In this document: positions 49,005-58,245 of the stretch, in pieces | How positions within the stretch are numbered: position 1 is the stretch's first letter | Layout of the letters: each line of letters starts with the position of its first letter | Translations under genes and position numbers: made by a program | The notes under the pieces: model-generated | Database searches by the model: none | Told to the model about the DNA's origin: nothing | The model's input: only the letters and a program-made list of their open reading frames with translations | IMG/VR virus record: IMGVR_UViG_3300011223_000002 | Coordinates: 62,001 to 126,000 of that record | Source: an uncultured virus (IMG/VR IMGVR_UViG_3300011223_000002) | Taxonomy: Duplodnaviria > Heunggongvirae > Uroviricota > Caudoviricetes | Reading direction: 5' to 3' (one strand) | DNA: 64,000 bases

Positions 49005-49529
49005 TTAATTACCTTCTGCCGGCAAGTGCTTGTCAGCGTCGAACGACGGGTAGAAGAACGTCGGCGGCTGACTGATCATGCGACGCATGAGGTTGATGGA
49101 CTTCAGGGTCTCATCCACCGCCGGGTCCGCTACCACGAACCAGACCGTGGTAGGGTCGATCTTGTCGGCCAGAATCTGACGGACGTAGTTGACGATGGCG
49201 CCGTGCGGAACACTGGCATCGACCAATGCTTCTGGAATGGTCTTGTGGTATTTGTGGGTCAGGATCTGGTTTTCGATCAACTCCACATTGATCTTGTCAC
49301 CGTCGATCAGATCGGCGATACGGAAGGCCAGCTCCCAGCCACCACCTACGAGAAGAACCTTCTTCTCCGAGCCGGCCTCAGGCTTGGCGACGTCTTCGAT
49401 GGCTTCTTTGTTCTCGCCATCTTCAGCCGGAGAGGTGGTGGTCTCAGGCTTTGTCTCTTCCTTCTTTTCCAGCTCGGAAGGGGAGGATTCTGGCTGAGTG
49501 GGTTTGGGGTTGTTGTTGGGTTTCGACAT
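49005..49529 (-). CDS. Highly expressed hypothetical protein (possibly virion)
   Basis: Start ATG 49529 with GAGG RBS; strong codon bias; disordered P/E/K-rich N-terminus. Confidence 0.65.
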   Translation of the reverse strand: MSKPNNNPKPTQPESSPSELEKKEETKPETTTSPAEDGENKEAIEDVAKPEAGSEKKVLLVGGGWELAFRIADLIDGDKINVELIENQILTHKYHKTIPEALVDASVPHGAIVNYVRQILADKIDPTTVWFVVADPAVDETLKSINLMRRMISQPPTFFYPSFDADKHLPAEGN

Positions 49530-49950
49530 CAGTTTTTCCTCGGGTTGGTAAGGGGATTGTCGGCATAGTATCACCGATGATCTCGCTAACTGCGACAGCA
49601 GTGAAGTAGTGGTGGATGGGTTTTTGTTTGTCATACCGTCGCTCATCGTTGATAACTTTCAACTGGCTGGAGTAACGTTCGTGTCCAATAGTGATTTCCC
49701 AGTTATCAGGCGACAGGGGGTGAGTTACCGGATCACCACGTCTTAACTGGTTCATGGCTAAGACAATAGCCTTTACCCCTCGGGTAACTTGGATAGTCAA
49801 TCCCGTGTCATCCGGAATCCCAGATAATGAAGGGTACTCGCCTCGATGACCTTTAATATACTGCATCATGCAGTTAAGGCCTTCCTTATCAACCTCCCAG
49901 AGACCGTCTTCTTTTACGGTGATAAGACTTTCGATATTAAACCGCATCAT
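49444..49950 (-). CDS. Hypothetical protein
   Basis: 168 aa; 3' end overlaps the next gene by 86 nt. Confidence 0.5.
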   Translation of the reverse strand: MMRFNIESLITVKEDGLWEVDKEGLNCMMQYIKGHRGEYPSLSGIPDDTGLTIQVTRGVKAIVLAMNQLRRGDPVTHPLSPDNWEITIGHERYSSQLKVINDERRYDKQKPIHHYFTAVAVSEIIGDTMPTIPLPTRGKTDVETQQQPQTHSARILPFRAGKEGRDKA

Positions 49951-50413
49951 GGGGAATCACCGTAATCCCCCAACCGCCGAGGTCACTTGTGATGACATGT
50001 CCGCTGGCTGGGACACCTAACGTTCGGGTATCACCCACAATAATGTGGAGCGTCATCTTGGCAGTGGACTCCCGCATAACCAGTTTGTCGCGGTGAATAG
50101 TCACCATGACGTCCCTGGCAAGGTCCTGCGCTTGGCGTTCTACATAAAACCTACGAGCTGTGTTGAAGATATACGTTTCCAAATCGTAGTTGGTATGAAA
50201 CAGGGTATTGAGGTCAACGGTTGCCTGGTCATTGATGCCGCTAGCCGGCTTTGCGCGCAAACGCTGAATAACCGTGTCAATCAACTCATGTCCAAGTGGC
50301 GTGTCAACGTCTTTGAAGTGATCTGGGTAGTTCTTGTAGTTGATAACCCTAACACACTGGAGAAGCTCAATCAGTTGTTCGTCGCTCAGATTGGGGTGTT
50401 TGATTTCAGTCAT
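49937..50413 (-). CDS. Hypothetical protein
   Basis: Start ATG 50413, downstream of a hairpin at 50446-50465. Confidence 0.6.
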   Translation of the reverse strand: MTEIKHPNLSDEQLIELLQCVRVINYKNYPDHFKDVDTPLGHELIDTVIQRLRAKPASGINDQATVDLNTLFHTNYDLETYIFNTARRFYVERQAQDLARDVMVTIHRDKLVMRESTAKMTLHIIVGDTRTLGVPASGHVITSDLGGWGITVIPHDAV

Positions 50414-50487
50414 GGTAGTTCTCACAAAAATAAAAGAATTAGAAACTGGGGACCGAAGTCCCCAGATCGACAATAATTACTTACGCA

Positions 50488-50985
50488 TCATGCACCTATG
50501 GCCTCTGGAATAGATCTGCGTGTCATCACTTGGGCAATGGCACCTCCCTCAGACCAGTTTAAATGGAGGTAATGACGACGAGGGTCACTCGCGATAACGC
50601 CGAGTAGATTTTGCCAGTCAGTTTTACGTGCCTGGTCGACGTAGAGTTCTACATCGATGTTTGGAATATTAACCAGTTGTTTCCGGACCGCCGCATAGAA
50701 CCCTAACGTAACGACGTCATGATAATCAACGGAAACAGCGTGGGATATTATCCGCGCGTAACCACCCCGTCCTTTACGTGTATCGCCATTAGCAACTCGG
50801 TGTTCTATTACAAGTCTAGATACCACTTCGGCGAGCAACATCGAGGTGCTCTTGGAGAAGTGATTATAGCCATTAAGTTTTTGAACTTCAGTGGCTAGCT
50901 GCAACGGCGAAAGCGCCGAGTAGTCGTTGCCGTTCTTTTGGTTATCTGCAGAAGCGGTGAAAACATCGCAAAGTGCACGTTCCAT
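50488..50985 (-). CDS. Hypothetical protein
   Basis: Start ATG 50985 with AGGAG RBS. Confidence 0.6.
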   Translation of the reverse strand: MERALCDVFTASADNQKNGNDYSALSPLQLATEVQKLNGYNHFSKSTSMLLAEVVSRLVIEHRVANGDTRKGRGGYARIISHAVSVDYHDVVTLGFYAAVRKQLVNIPNIDVELYVDQARKTDWQNLLGVIASDPRRHYLHLNWSEGGAIAQVMTRRSIPEAIGA

Positions 50986-51051
50986 GGTGTAACTCCTAGA
51001 AAAAATAAAAATCGGATAAAGGGCCCGAAGGCCCAAGATCCAGGTTGAGCA

Positions 51052-51381
51052 TTACTGCTCGTTGTTGCCCGGTACACTACCGGTCATTTCGTTGACAATG
51101 CCAGAGGCGATTGCACCGAAGCTTGCGCCGATGAGTCCTGCATAGGCACTGCCGATGATCTTTGGTGCAGGTCCGCAGTCGTTCAGGAAGCTGACTACGC
51201 TACCGGCAGCCCAACCTACGGTTGCGCCTACCGCAACGCCGGTGATGGCACCAGGGATCGAACCGCCGTTACCCAGAGCAGCAGCGCCGCCCAGAATACC
51301 GCCTACGATACCGACTGCTTGAGTGGTGCCGAAGTTAGCGTTACGGTTGCCTTTCATCGAAACTTGTTTGGAAGTGGTCAT
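51052..51381 (-). CDS. Small glycine-zipper membrane protein, paralogue of the 12424..13905 C-terminus
   Basis: MTTSKQVSMKGNRNANF followed by GxxxG-rich hydrophobic helices; monocistronic. Confidence 0.75.
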   Translation of the reverse strand: MTTSKQVSMKGNRNANFGTTQAVGIVGGILGGAAALGNGGSIPGAITGVAVGATVGWAAGSVVSFLNDCGPAPKIIGSAYAGLIGASFGAIASGIVNEMTGSVPGNNEQ

Positions 51382-51440
51382 GATCATTTACCTGTATTAA
51401 TAGAGGGTTAGTTGTAGAAGACTACTAAAGACTTCCACGT

Positions 51441-51489
51441 CTTATTCACCCAAACAATATAGGTCTATTTAAATCTGCAACTTAAATTT
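51441..51489 (-). promoter_or_regulatory. Phage early promoter module
   Basis: Minus strand AAATTTAAGTT-N15-CCTATATT-N6-GTGAATAAG. Confidence 0.75.
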
Positions 51490-51521
51490 ATTCCTCGTCT
51501 GCGGCGTTGGCAACTCCCGCT

Positions 51522-52121
51522 TTATAGGTTGTCGATATCTTGACGCTGTTTCTGCAGCTCTGTATCAAACAGAGTAATGTACATGGAAGGGTAACGAGCG
51601 TAACCTTGGCTACCATACTTCTCTTTGAGGTGAGCTATGGAACCAGCATGAATGTCTGCTTCGCTCATCTCTGGGTACTTAGCCTGCCGGTATTGCATGG
51701 CCCTTTTCAACATGGCTTCCACATCACCCGGCTCCCCGCGATCAGCAGAGTTGATAAGCTCTGCGAACTGATTCGAGAAAATACCCTTAAAGGAGGCTCG
51801 GTGTTCCAGGCATGCGAATGCAACAGTTGCACGGCGACCGTCTGACCCAATCCAGCCTGTAATAACTGGATGATCGGTTGTCCTCATCCACTGACAGCTG
51901 AGCTCATGGTGGTTGTTCCGACTCCATGCAAACAGATCATGGAAATAAGCAGCCAGCATGACCGGCACCTCATCGAAGCGCAAGGAGAGTTCCTTGTTCA
52001 TTCGACACGCTAAACGAAACACCGCCAAGAAGTGCTCTTCTCGATGCGCCTCGTCGTTTAACTGCCACGCTGGTGAGAACGCCTGAACGATCTCTTTGCG
52101 CAAAGTGTTGATGTCGCCCAT
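51522..52121 (-). CDS. HD-domain phosphohydrolase
   Basis: AHREEH...AAYFHDL...HHELS...EHRAS...SADR; start ATG 52121 with AAGGA RBS. Confidence 0.85.
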   Translation of the reverse strand: MGDINTLRKEIVQAFSPAWQLNDEAHREEHFLAVFRLACRMNKELSLRFDEVPVMLAAYFHDLFAWSRNNHHELSCQWMRTTDHPVITGWIGSDGRRATVAFACLEHRASFKGIFSNQFAELINSADRGEPGDVEAMLKRAMQYRQAKYPEMSEADIHAGSIAHLKEKYGSQGYARYPSMYITLFDTELQKQRQDIDNL

Positions 52122-52134
52122 TTCAATGTCCTTG

Positions 52135-52740
52135 TTAAAGCTGATCGATTTCGCTTTGTTGGATTTTGAGGGTTTCAGCAAACACCCTCATGTAGAGATC
52201 AGGGTAACGTGCGTATCCATCAGATCCTGCCTTCTTCTTGAGGAAGGTCTTCGAGATGTCCATGACCTCGGCGTCAGACAGTTCTGGATGGATATCGTGC
52301 TGGTGGGAGAAGACGCGATTCAGCAGACGTTCAGCAGTACCCGGGAAGCCACGGTCAGCCGAGTTAATAAGTGCGGAGAACTCAGAGGAGAATTCACCGG
52401 TGTAAGACGCACGGTGTTCACGACAGGCCAAAGCCACCATTACACGCTGCCCTGGGAAATGCGCGTAGTACTCGAGGATCAGGGGATGATCGGAGGTCAG
52501 GAAGAACTGGTACGCCAACTCGTGGTGGTTAACACGCGTCCAGGCGAACAGGTCGTGGAAGTAGGCGGCGAACATCATGTCGGGTTCGGAGTGACCCAGG
52601 TCGAGGACCTTGTTGATGTGCCGAGCACATTGGAAGACGTCTTCGAAGTGGGTGTGTTGATGCCCACGATCGTTTAACGCCCAATGTTGGGTGAAGTGTT
52701 TGTGCAGTTCTTTACGAAGGTTGTCGATGGGTGTAGGCAT
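52135..52740 (-). CDS. HD-domain phosphohydrolase (tandem paralogue)
   Basis: GHQHTH...AAYFHDL...HHELA...EHRAS...SADR; start ATG 52740 (the track's start lies in a terminator). Confidence 0.85.
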   Translation of the reverse strand: MPTPIDNLRKELHKHFTQHWALNDRGHQHTHFEDVFQCARHINKVLDLGHSEPDMMFAAYFHDLFAWTRVNHHELAYQFFLTSDHPLILEYYAHFPGQRVMVALACREHRASYTGEFSSEFSALINSADRGFPGTAERLLNRVFSHQHDIHPELSDAEVMDISKTFLKKKAGSDGYARYPDLYMRVFAETLKIQQSEIDQL

Positions 52741-52790
52741 AAATAAAGTCCCTAGTGGGTGGGTGTTGAAAATAAAGTCGCGTAAATAAT

Positions 52791-52822
52791 ACCTACCTCC
52801 GTGGAAATCCACGGAGGTAGGT
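52791..52822 (-). terminator. Intrinsic terminator (CCTAC-stem family)
   Basis: 15 bp inverted repeat ACCTACCTCCGTGGA/TCCACGGAGGTAGGT. Confidence 0.7.
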
Positions 52823-52859
52823 TAATTTTAATTTAATCGCGATTGAATCAAAGGTGTTA

Positions 52860-55232
52860 TCAGTGCGGACGCAGCTCGATCATGTGGCGCTCTGGGTCAA
52901 CCCAACGAAGGGTGGCCGTGTTACGGTCAAAGATCGAATACTCGAACAGCCAGAAGTGCTCGCCTTTGTCGAAGAACATCAGCTTGGGCACTGTGCGAAT
53001 ACTGGCGTCACCCATTGTGGCTTCAAAGCTCTTTTCAACCAGCTCGAAGTACTCTGGGAATTTGCTGCGTTTGATCATGACAGGTTCGCCGTGGACTTCA
53101 GCATAAGGTCCTTTGCGCTTGTTGACCATGATCACGTTCATGTTGCGTTCCAACACCAGTTCCTGATCCGCTTGAGCGATGAACACATTGCCTTCATCAC
53201 CGTTCGTGGTCAGGCCGCTGTACTGACTTTCATACACAAACAACTTCAACGCGTTGGTCAAGTAGTTGTCGGCGTCTGCCGGTTGAGTGAAACGTTGGTA
53301 CGCTTCGTGGTCATCGGATTTCAGAACAGCTGCAATGCCTTTGTAGTCGGTGAGGATACTGTCCACCGAGAGGGCGTTCTCAGAATGCGGGTCACGGTCA
53401 TAACCGGCCGCGCTGATCAACCAGTCATTGAACATCGAAGTGAAACGATAGTCCAGGTACTGGGCCAGCTCATCATCGAGATAACGTTCGCCAATGACGT
53501 CGGCGATCTGAGCGATTTTGCCAGCAAAGGAATCAGCTTCTTCATCCTCAACGTCCTGGAAGAGGAAGGGCAGCACATTGCGAAGCGTTGCCTTGTCCTC
53601 CGGGTTGGAAAGGTTGAAGGTATCCCACAGAACGGCGTTAAACGATACCGCGTTCTCATGGGTAAGTTTGCTGGTCATTTGCTTGTTGGTGGTAATGAGG
53701 GAACCCACCAGTTTGTTGCTAGTGTTAGTGACAATCCGCTCGGTCACTGCGACAGACGGAATGCCAACCAACTCTTCGCAGACTTCGACGGGAATGGTAA
53801 CGTCTTTACTGCCTTTCTTGCGGCCTTTCAGTGCTTCTTTGGCGGTGATGGTGCTCACATACACCTCGCCGGTTTCACGATCCTGCTCCAGGAAAGGCAG
53901 CAGTTTTTCAGGGTTGCTAATTACAGTAGGCATGTCCAGCTCCTCGGCACGGACGACGGTACTGAACCAGCCACTGCCAATATTGTCCATGTCAATGATT
54001 ACCACGCGGAACGTACCAGGCATGATGGATTCTTCACGACTGGGTTGTTCGGCGTGCGCCGGGAACACATGCTTAATGGCTTTCCAATCAGACTCGGGAA
54101 TAAAGTAGTGGTTGGGTCGACCGATGTATTTGAAATAGCGGCGCAGTCGATAAGACTCCGCGTTCTGGGGGGTGAGGTTCTTCAGGTCAGTGCGATAGCT
54201 GTTCCAAGCGTCTCCGGCGATTTCAGGTTCTTTCTGGATGTCCCAACGGTTACCGAGCTCGCCACCATTGTCGTAACGCGCGGCTTGCCGACGCAGCATG
54301 TTGCGGAGATCGCTGTCTTGCGCCAGATTACTCGCTGAAGAGTCATGAGCGAACTCATAGGACCCGCGCAGGTGTGCCATCTCGGCATCCATGATCAGGT
54401 GGCTATCCGTGCGCCCAGGAACCTTTATCTCCCAAACCAAACTGCCGTATGGGTTCGTGTTACCAATCAACCCACAAGCACGCGCGTAGACTTCCTTAAA
54501 GTCTTCCAGATGACTAACCATCTCCTTGATCTCAGGAGATAACGAATACACCAGCTCACGACCTCGCGGGTGACGCATCAACCACGAGACCATTTCCAGA
54601 CCCAGTACACAGCGGTTTGCGTAGATACTGGCGTCCATCAGCTCCGCTTGGTCTAACTCATAGTTAGATTTAGTCTTTGCTTTCCTGATACACGCGTCGA
54701 TAAACAGCGGCAGTGAGGCTGCAGCTACAGTCCGGTACATCTCAGGATGCGCGATCAAGGTCTTGACGAACTCATCCCGGATTGGACACAAGAGCCCGGT
54801 CCGACGGTTGAGCCTGAAGTTTTCAACCAAGCTGCGGTATTCGTCATAGAAACGACTGCGACGACCCAACATCATCTGGAGGTACTGTGCACCAGTGTAG
54901 GTGTACTTCTCCAGCAGCATACGCTCGATGTCTTGCTCACCGTACACGCTTTCACGCATGTCACGGAAGGCAGGGTCTTCTAACCGGGAATCCCCATAAC
55001 GTTCCCAGTTAATACCTGTCGCAGCGCCTGGTCCGGCGGACAGCATGTTGTCAAGGGACTGACGGATATAGTTGACCGGGTCCATCTGTCCATTGTTGGC
55101 TTGTTGCCGCGGTTGTCCGAAACCGGGAACGCTGCCTTGCTGGTGTTGCTGCATTTGGTCAGTGTTATAGCTGGCGCCGCCCTGACTCCGGGGTCTGATC
55201 AATCCTGCTGGGTTTCCTGGTTGCATGGCCAT
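52860..55232 (-). CDS. Large conserved hypothetical protein downstream of the RNAP subunit
   Basis: 790 aa ORF overlapping the RNAP gene end; Q/G/P-rich N-terminus. Confidence 0.75.
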   Translation of the reverse strand: MAMQPGNPAGLIRPRSQGGASYNTDQMQQHQQGSVPGFGQPRQQANNGQMDPVNYIRQSLDNMLSAGPGAATGINWERYGDSRLEDPAFRDMRESVYGEQDIERMLLEKYTYTGAQYLQMMLGRRSRFYDEYRSLVENFRLNRRTGLLCPIRDEFVKTLIAHPEMYRTVAAASLPLFIDACIRKAKTKSNYELDQAELMDASIYANRCVLGLEMVSWLMRHPRGRELVYSLSPEIKEMVSHLEDFKEVYARACGLIGNTNPYGSLVWEIKVPGRTDSHLIMDAEMAHLRGSYEFAHDSSASNLAQDSDLRNMLRRQAARYDNGGELGNRWDIQKEPEIAGDAWNSYRTDLKNLTPQNAESYRLRRYFKYIGRPNHYFIPESDWKAIKHVFPAHAEQPSREESIMPGTFRVVIIDMDNIGSGWFSTVVRAEELDMPTVISNPEKLLPFLEQDRETGEVYVSTITAKEALKGRKKGSKDVTIPVEVCEELVGIPSVAVTERIVTNTSNKLVGSLITTNKQMTSKLTHENAVSFNAVLWDTFNLSNPEDKATLRNVLPFLFQDVEDEEADSFAGKIAQIADVIGERYLDDELAQYLDYRFTSMFNDWLISAAGYDRDPHSENALSVDSILTDYKGIAAVLKSDDHEAYQRFTQPADADNYLTNALKLFVYESQYSGLTTNGDEGNVFIAQADQELVLERNMNVIMVNKRKGPYAEVHGEPVMIKRSKFPEYFELVEKSFEATMGDASIRTVPKLMFFDKGEHFWLFEYSIFDRNTATLRWVDPERHMIELRPH

Positions 55233-56884
55233 GGTTCTCTATGTTTAAGCCTGTGGTCAATCCTGGCGTATAGCCCTTGGAATTTTGGCGGAACTGCGGT
55301 GAGTTTGCCATTGACCAGATAAATGCACGGTGTGAGATAGCCACGCCCGTCTGGGTTTGGGCTATCCACACGCAGGTAGCTGTGCACGAACGGCAGGGAG
55401 GCGTGTGTAAACGTCGCACTATCGCTAGTGTCGAAGTCCCCACGTTTCTTTTTCCCTACGTTGGTGTATACCTTGTGCTGTGGAGTGCAGCCCAACCCGT
55501 AGTCGATAAACGGATTGTCAGTGGGTGTTTGTTCTAGTACCAGGTTGGCGTTTCGTGCATTGTTGATCTCCTTGATGCGGAAGTTCTCGCTCAGGAACCG
55601 CAAGACCTTCTTGTAGTTGATTTCCGAATTGTTCTTGATGTCGTGCTTGAAGTTGTTGGCCGCTGTCAGCAAGCTGTCAAAGGTAAACTCTACTGTTGCC
55701 AACTCTTTATGCAGCGCCGAAGCACGGTCAGTGGTCTGGACAATCTCACTGCGGTTAGCAATGATGTAGTTGAACAGATCAAACATGTTGGCCACAACAA
55801 TCGACTGGGCCGAGAAACGCCGGATGGATTCCTCATCCAGGTACTCGTTGATGGCCACAAAGTGGACATTCATCAGTCGCATGATGTAGTCATCGCTGTC
55901 GCCTGCCTTGATCGAACAACGACCAATGATCAGACGCCAGTAGCCCGGGTCATCCAAACGTTCCATGTCGAAGTACGACGAACAGCAGTCAGCAATGAAC
56001 AGCAAGGCATTGGCGTACTGCAAGCCCATGGCGCTCAGTTCTTTACGGGACGCCGACTTGTTACGCACAGCAATCGCAACATCCAGCCCGACGTAATCGC
56101 CCAGAGAACGTTTGTTGTCGTTGGCATTGCGCGGCCGGGTAAAGATCTCCCAACGGTCAGCGGCTTTGCATTCGTCGAGCAGAACATCCAAAGGCCCCAC
56201 CTCGAAGTCACATTCACCATATTCCGTCATGGCTTTCGTGAACCCGATGTTGGCAAAGATATACCACGCCAGCAACGGCGTCGGAGTCTTGTTGTCCTTG
56301 ATCTTGCGACCTTCTGTCGGGCTGTAGAAACGGTTCGCCGCCAGGTTGATGTTGCCCGCCCGGTGGTGAACATGCCCGCCTTCCAAGAAGACCTGGTTGT
56401 AACTGAAGTGCTCGACACCGATCTTGAACTTGAAGCCCAGTACCTTGACGAACAGCGAGTTCTCCTTGGTGACTGGAAGTCCACGTTCTGCCAGCACGAT
56501 CTGGTGGCTGTACTGCGAGCCATTGATCCAGGTGTCGCCGTACTTGTCGGCGTAGGACAGCATCGTGAACACGTAGAAGTCGTGCAGTTTGCCCGCTTTG
56601 TCCTTGTACTGGATATGGATCTTAACCGGGTACAAGGTTTCTTTCGGGACGTCAAACGTCTTACGGCTGTTCTTGGTCAGGTACTCGATGAACTCTTGCG
56701 GTGACGCGATTTTTGTTTCGATGTAATACACATCTCGCGCTTGCACAGGTTTAAGGATGCTTGCCAGCGCGTTATCGAACCAGACAAGGCCTTTCTCGAA
56801 CTCCTTTTGGTGGAATCCTTCGGTAAGGACACTGTTAAAACGCGGCATCACCTTGTTGATGTGTTTAATCAACTGAGGGTCCAT
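55199..56884 (-). CDS. Non-virion RNA polymerase beta subunit N-terminal fragment (phiKZ gp123-like)
   Basis: MPRFN start, WINGSQY..QIVL (beta region B-like), HASLPFVHS..DSPNPDGRGYL (region D-like); position next to the capsid gene. Confidence 0.75.
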   Translation of the reverse strand: MDPQLIKHINKVMPRFNSVLTEGFHQKEFEKGLVWFDNALASILKPVQARDVYYIETKIASPQEFIEYLTKNSRKTFDVPKETLYPVKIHIQYKDKAGKLHDFYVFTMLSYADKYGDTWINGSQYSHQIVLAERGLPVTKENSLFVKVLGFKFKIGVEHFSYNQVFLEGGHVHHRAGNINLAANRFYSPTEGRKIKDNKTPTPLLAWYIFANIGFTKAMTEYGECDFEVGPLDVLLDECKAADRWEIFTRPRNANDNKRSLGDYVGLDVAIAVRNKSASRKELSAMGLQYANALLFIADCCSSYFDMERLDDPGYWRLIIGRCSIKAGDSDDYIMRLMNVHFVAINEYLDEESIRRFSAQSIVVANMFDLFNYIIANRSEIVQTTDRASALHKELATVEFTFDSLLTAANNFKHDIKNNSEINYKKVLRFLSENFRIKEINNARNANLVLEQTPTDNPFIDYGLGCTPQHKVYTNVGKKKRGDFDTSDSATFTHASLPFVHSYLRVDSPNPDGRGYLTPCIYLVNGKLTAVPPKFQGLYARIDHRLKHREPWPCNQETQQD

Positions 56885-56895
56885 ATCACTTACCT

Positions 56896-58020
56896 CTATG
56901 AAGTGTAGAGTTTGTAGCCAGTTGCCACCACACCCGCAATTGCCCCGACGGCTTTTGCGATCTCACCCCAGTTATTGACAGAATTCCGTTGTCTGATGAA
57001 ATCGGTGTTGGCCTTTACTAGCATTTTGTCCATTTCATTTCGTACCTTGGTCATTTCAAATCCGGTCTGCAGCTTTTGTAGCTCCTGTTGGTGGCTTTGT
57101 TTAAGGTGGTAGATTTCTTGCTTGTGGACCTGTTTGATCTGGGCTAGCTCACTTCCCAGTTCAAGCACCTGCTCTTCTTTGTCCAAGAAGAATCCATTCA
57201 AGCGTTCGTAATCTACCGCGAGTTTCTGGTTGGCGGCCGAGAGCTCTTTAAGTTTAGCTTCTGCGGCGACGCAACGTTCAGTGTTACCTCCGCCCTGTAA
57301 GGCGTCAACTTTGCTACTGTAGAGACCAATCATCCCCATGGTGCTGGCGTCAAGTGTGTCAAAGCTGTAAAATAATGTATTCGGTAAATTTTCACCGATT
57401 CGCACACCCACGTAAACCCCGCTGGCTTCAGACAAGCTCCTTTCAACAGGAACTGCCATGGCCTTGCCCATCACATTAACGTAATAGGTCTTTTGTTGGT
57501 TAGCGGGGTCATTAACGAAGACGCTGTACTTCAGGCTCGATCGTGACCCGGACGCTTCGATAGCGTCGTCGAACAACTCCCTCAATGTATAATCAGGAGT
57601 CCCCAGTGCTGGAACATCAATACCGTCCTCATTAGGGAACAATGAAATGCCCAGGATGTCACTGGTGATCGCATCCGTTTCAGGATCCCTCAGACTGGCA
57701 TCAAGTTCAATCGATGTCGAAATATCTTGAGCAAACCCTGAGTTAAGGAGCGAAGCGTCGATCGCTTTCTTTCGCGCTTCTTCAATACGCTCCAACAGCA
57801 GCTTGTCGAAAGGGGTGCGTGCAACACGACTATCCAACAGTAGTCCATCCAGTCGAGCATTAGACAGCTTAACGTAGACACGACGGTCCTCACGGTGAAC
57901 CAGGTTCTTACTGCGGCGGATGATGTAATTCAACCCGCCTCGCGTCTTGACCACCATTTCTCGATTACTACGGTTTGCTATCTGGTATTCCAGAAAGAAC
58001 CCATAATGGACGTTGTTCAT
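56896..58020 (-). CDS. Conserved hypothetical protein with a C-terminal coiled coil
   Basis: 374 aa; GLYSSKVDA..GG motif, coiled coil, amphipathic C-terminus; between MCP and RNAP as in phiKZ-like phages. Confidence 0.7.
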   Translation of the reverse strand: MNNVHYGFFLEYQIANRSNREMVVKTRGGLNYIIRRSKNLVHREDRRVYVKLSNARLDGLLLDSRVARTPFDKLLLERIEEARKKAIDASLLNSGFAQDISTSIELDASLRDPETDAITSDILGISLFPNEDGIDVPALGTPDYTLRELFDDAIEASGSRSSLKYSVFVNDPANQQKTYYVNVMGKAMAVPVERSLSEASGVYVGVRIGENLPNTLFYSFDTLDASTMGMIGLYSSKVDALQGGGNTERCVAAEAKLKELSAANQKLAVDYERLNGFFLDKEEQVLELGSELAQIKQVHKQEIYHLKQSHQQELQKLQTGFEMTKVRNEMDKMLVKANTDFIRQRNSVNNWGEIAKAVGAIAGVVATGYKLYTS

Positions 58021-58087
58021 TTAAGAAGATCCTCTTGTTAACAGATGACCCGTGCGCACAGGCTTACCATCTGCAGGTAGACAAGAC

Positions 58088-58106
58088 GATAATGTAGGTT
58101 TGAAAA
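58088..58106 (-). promoter_or_regulatory. Phage early promoter driving the RNAP operon
   Basis: Minus strand TTTTCAAACCTACATTATC; matches the intergenic consensus I recall for Pseudomonas phage EL (WTTTYAAACCTACATTATY), to be verified. Confidence 0.75.
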
Positions 58107-58134
58107 TATTTAATGAAAAATAAAAAATGCAGCA

Positions 58135-58173
58135 ATAACCCCTCTCCGCCCATTGCAGGCGGAGAGGGGTTAT
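58135..58173 (-). terminator. Terminator of the capsid gene
   Basis: 16 bp stem ATAACCCCTCTCCGCC/GGCGGAGAGGGGTTAT. Confidence 0.7.
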
Positions 58174-58245
58174 CTATTACAGCGCACTGCAAGCCCTACA
58201 AGGTCGGTCAGGTGAGGAACCGCAACCGACCGTAGTCAGTAGGAC

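Noticed and set aside
52854..56704. Long antisense ORFs (494 aa, 353 aa) over the RNAP operon, and similar ones at 42305 and 36920
   Set aside because: Fully antisense to motif-bearing genes; typical shadows
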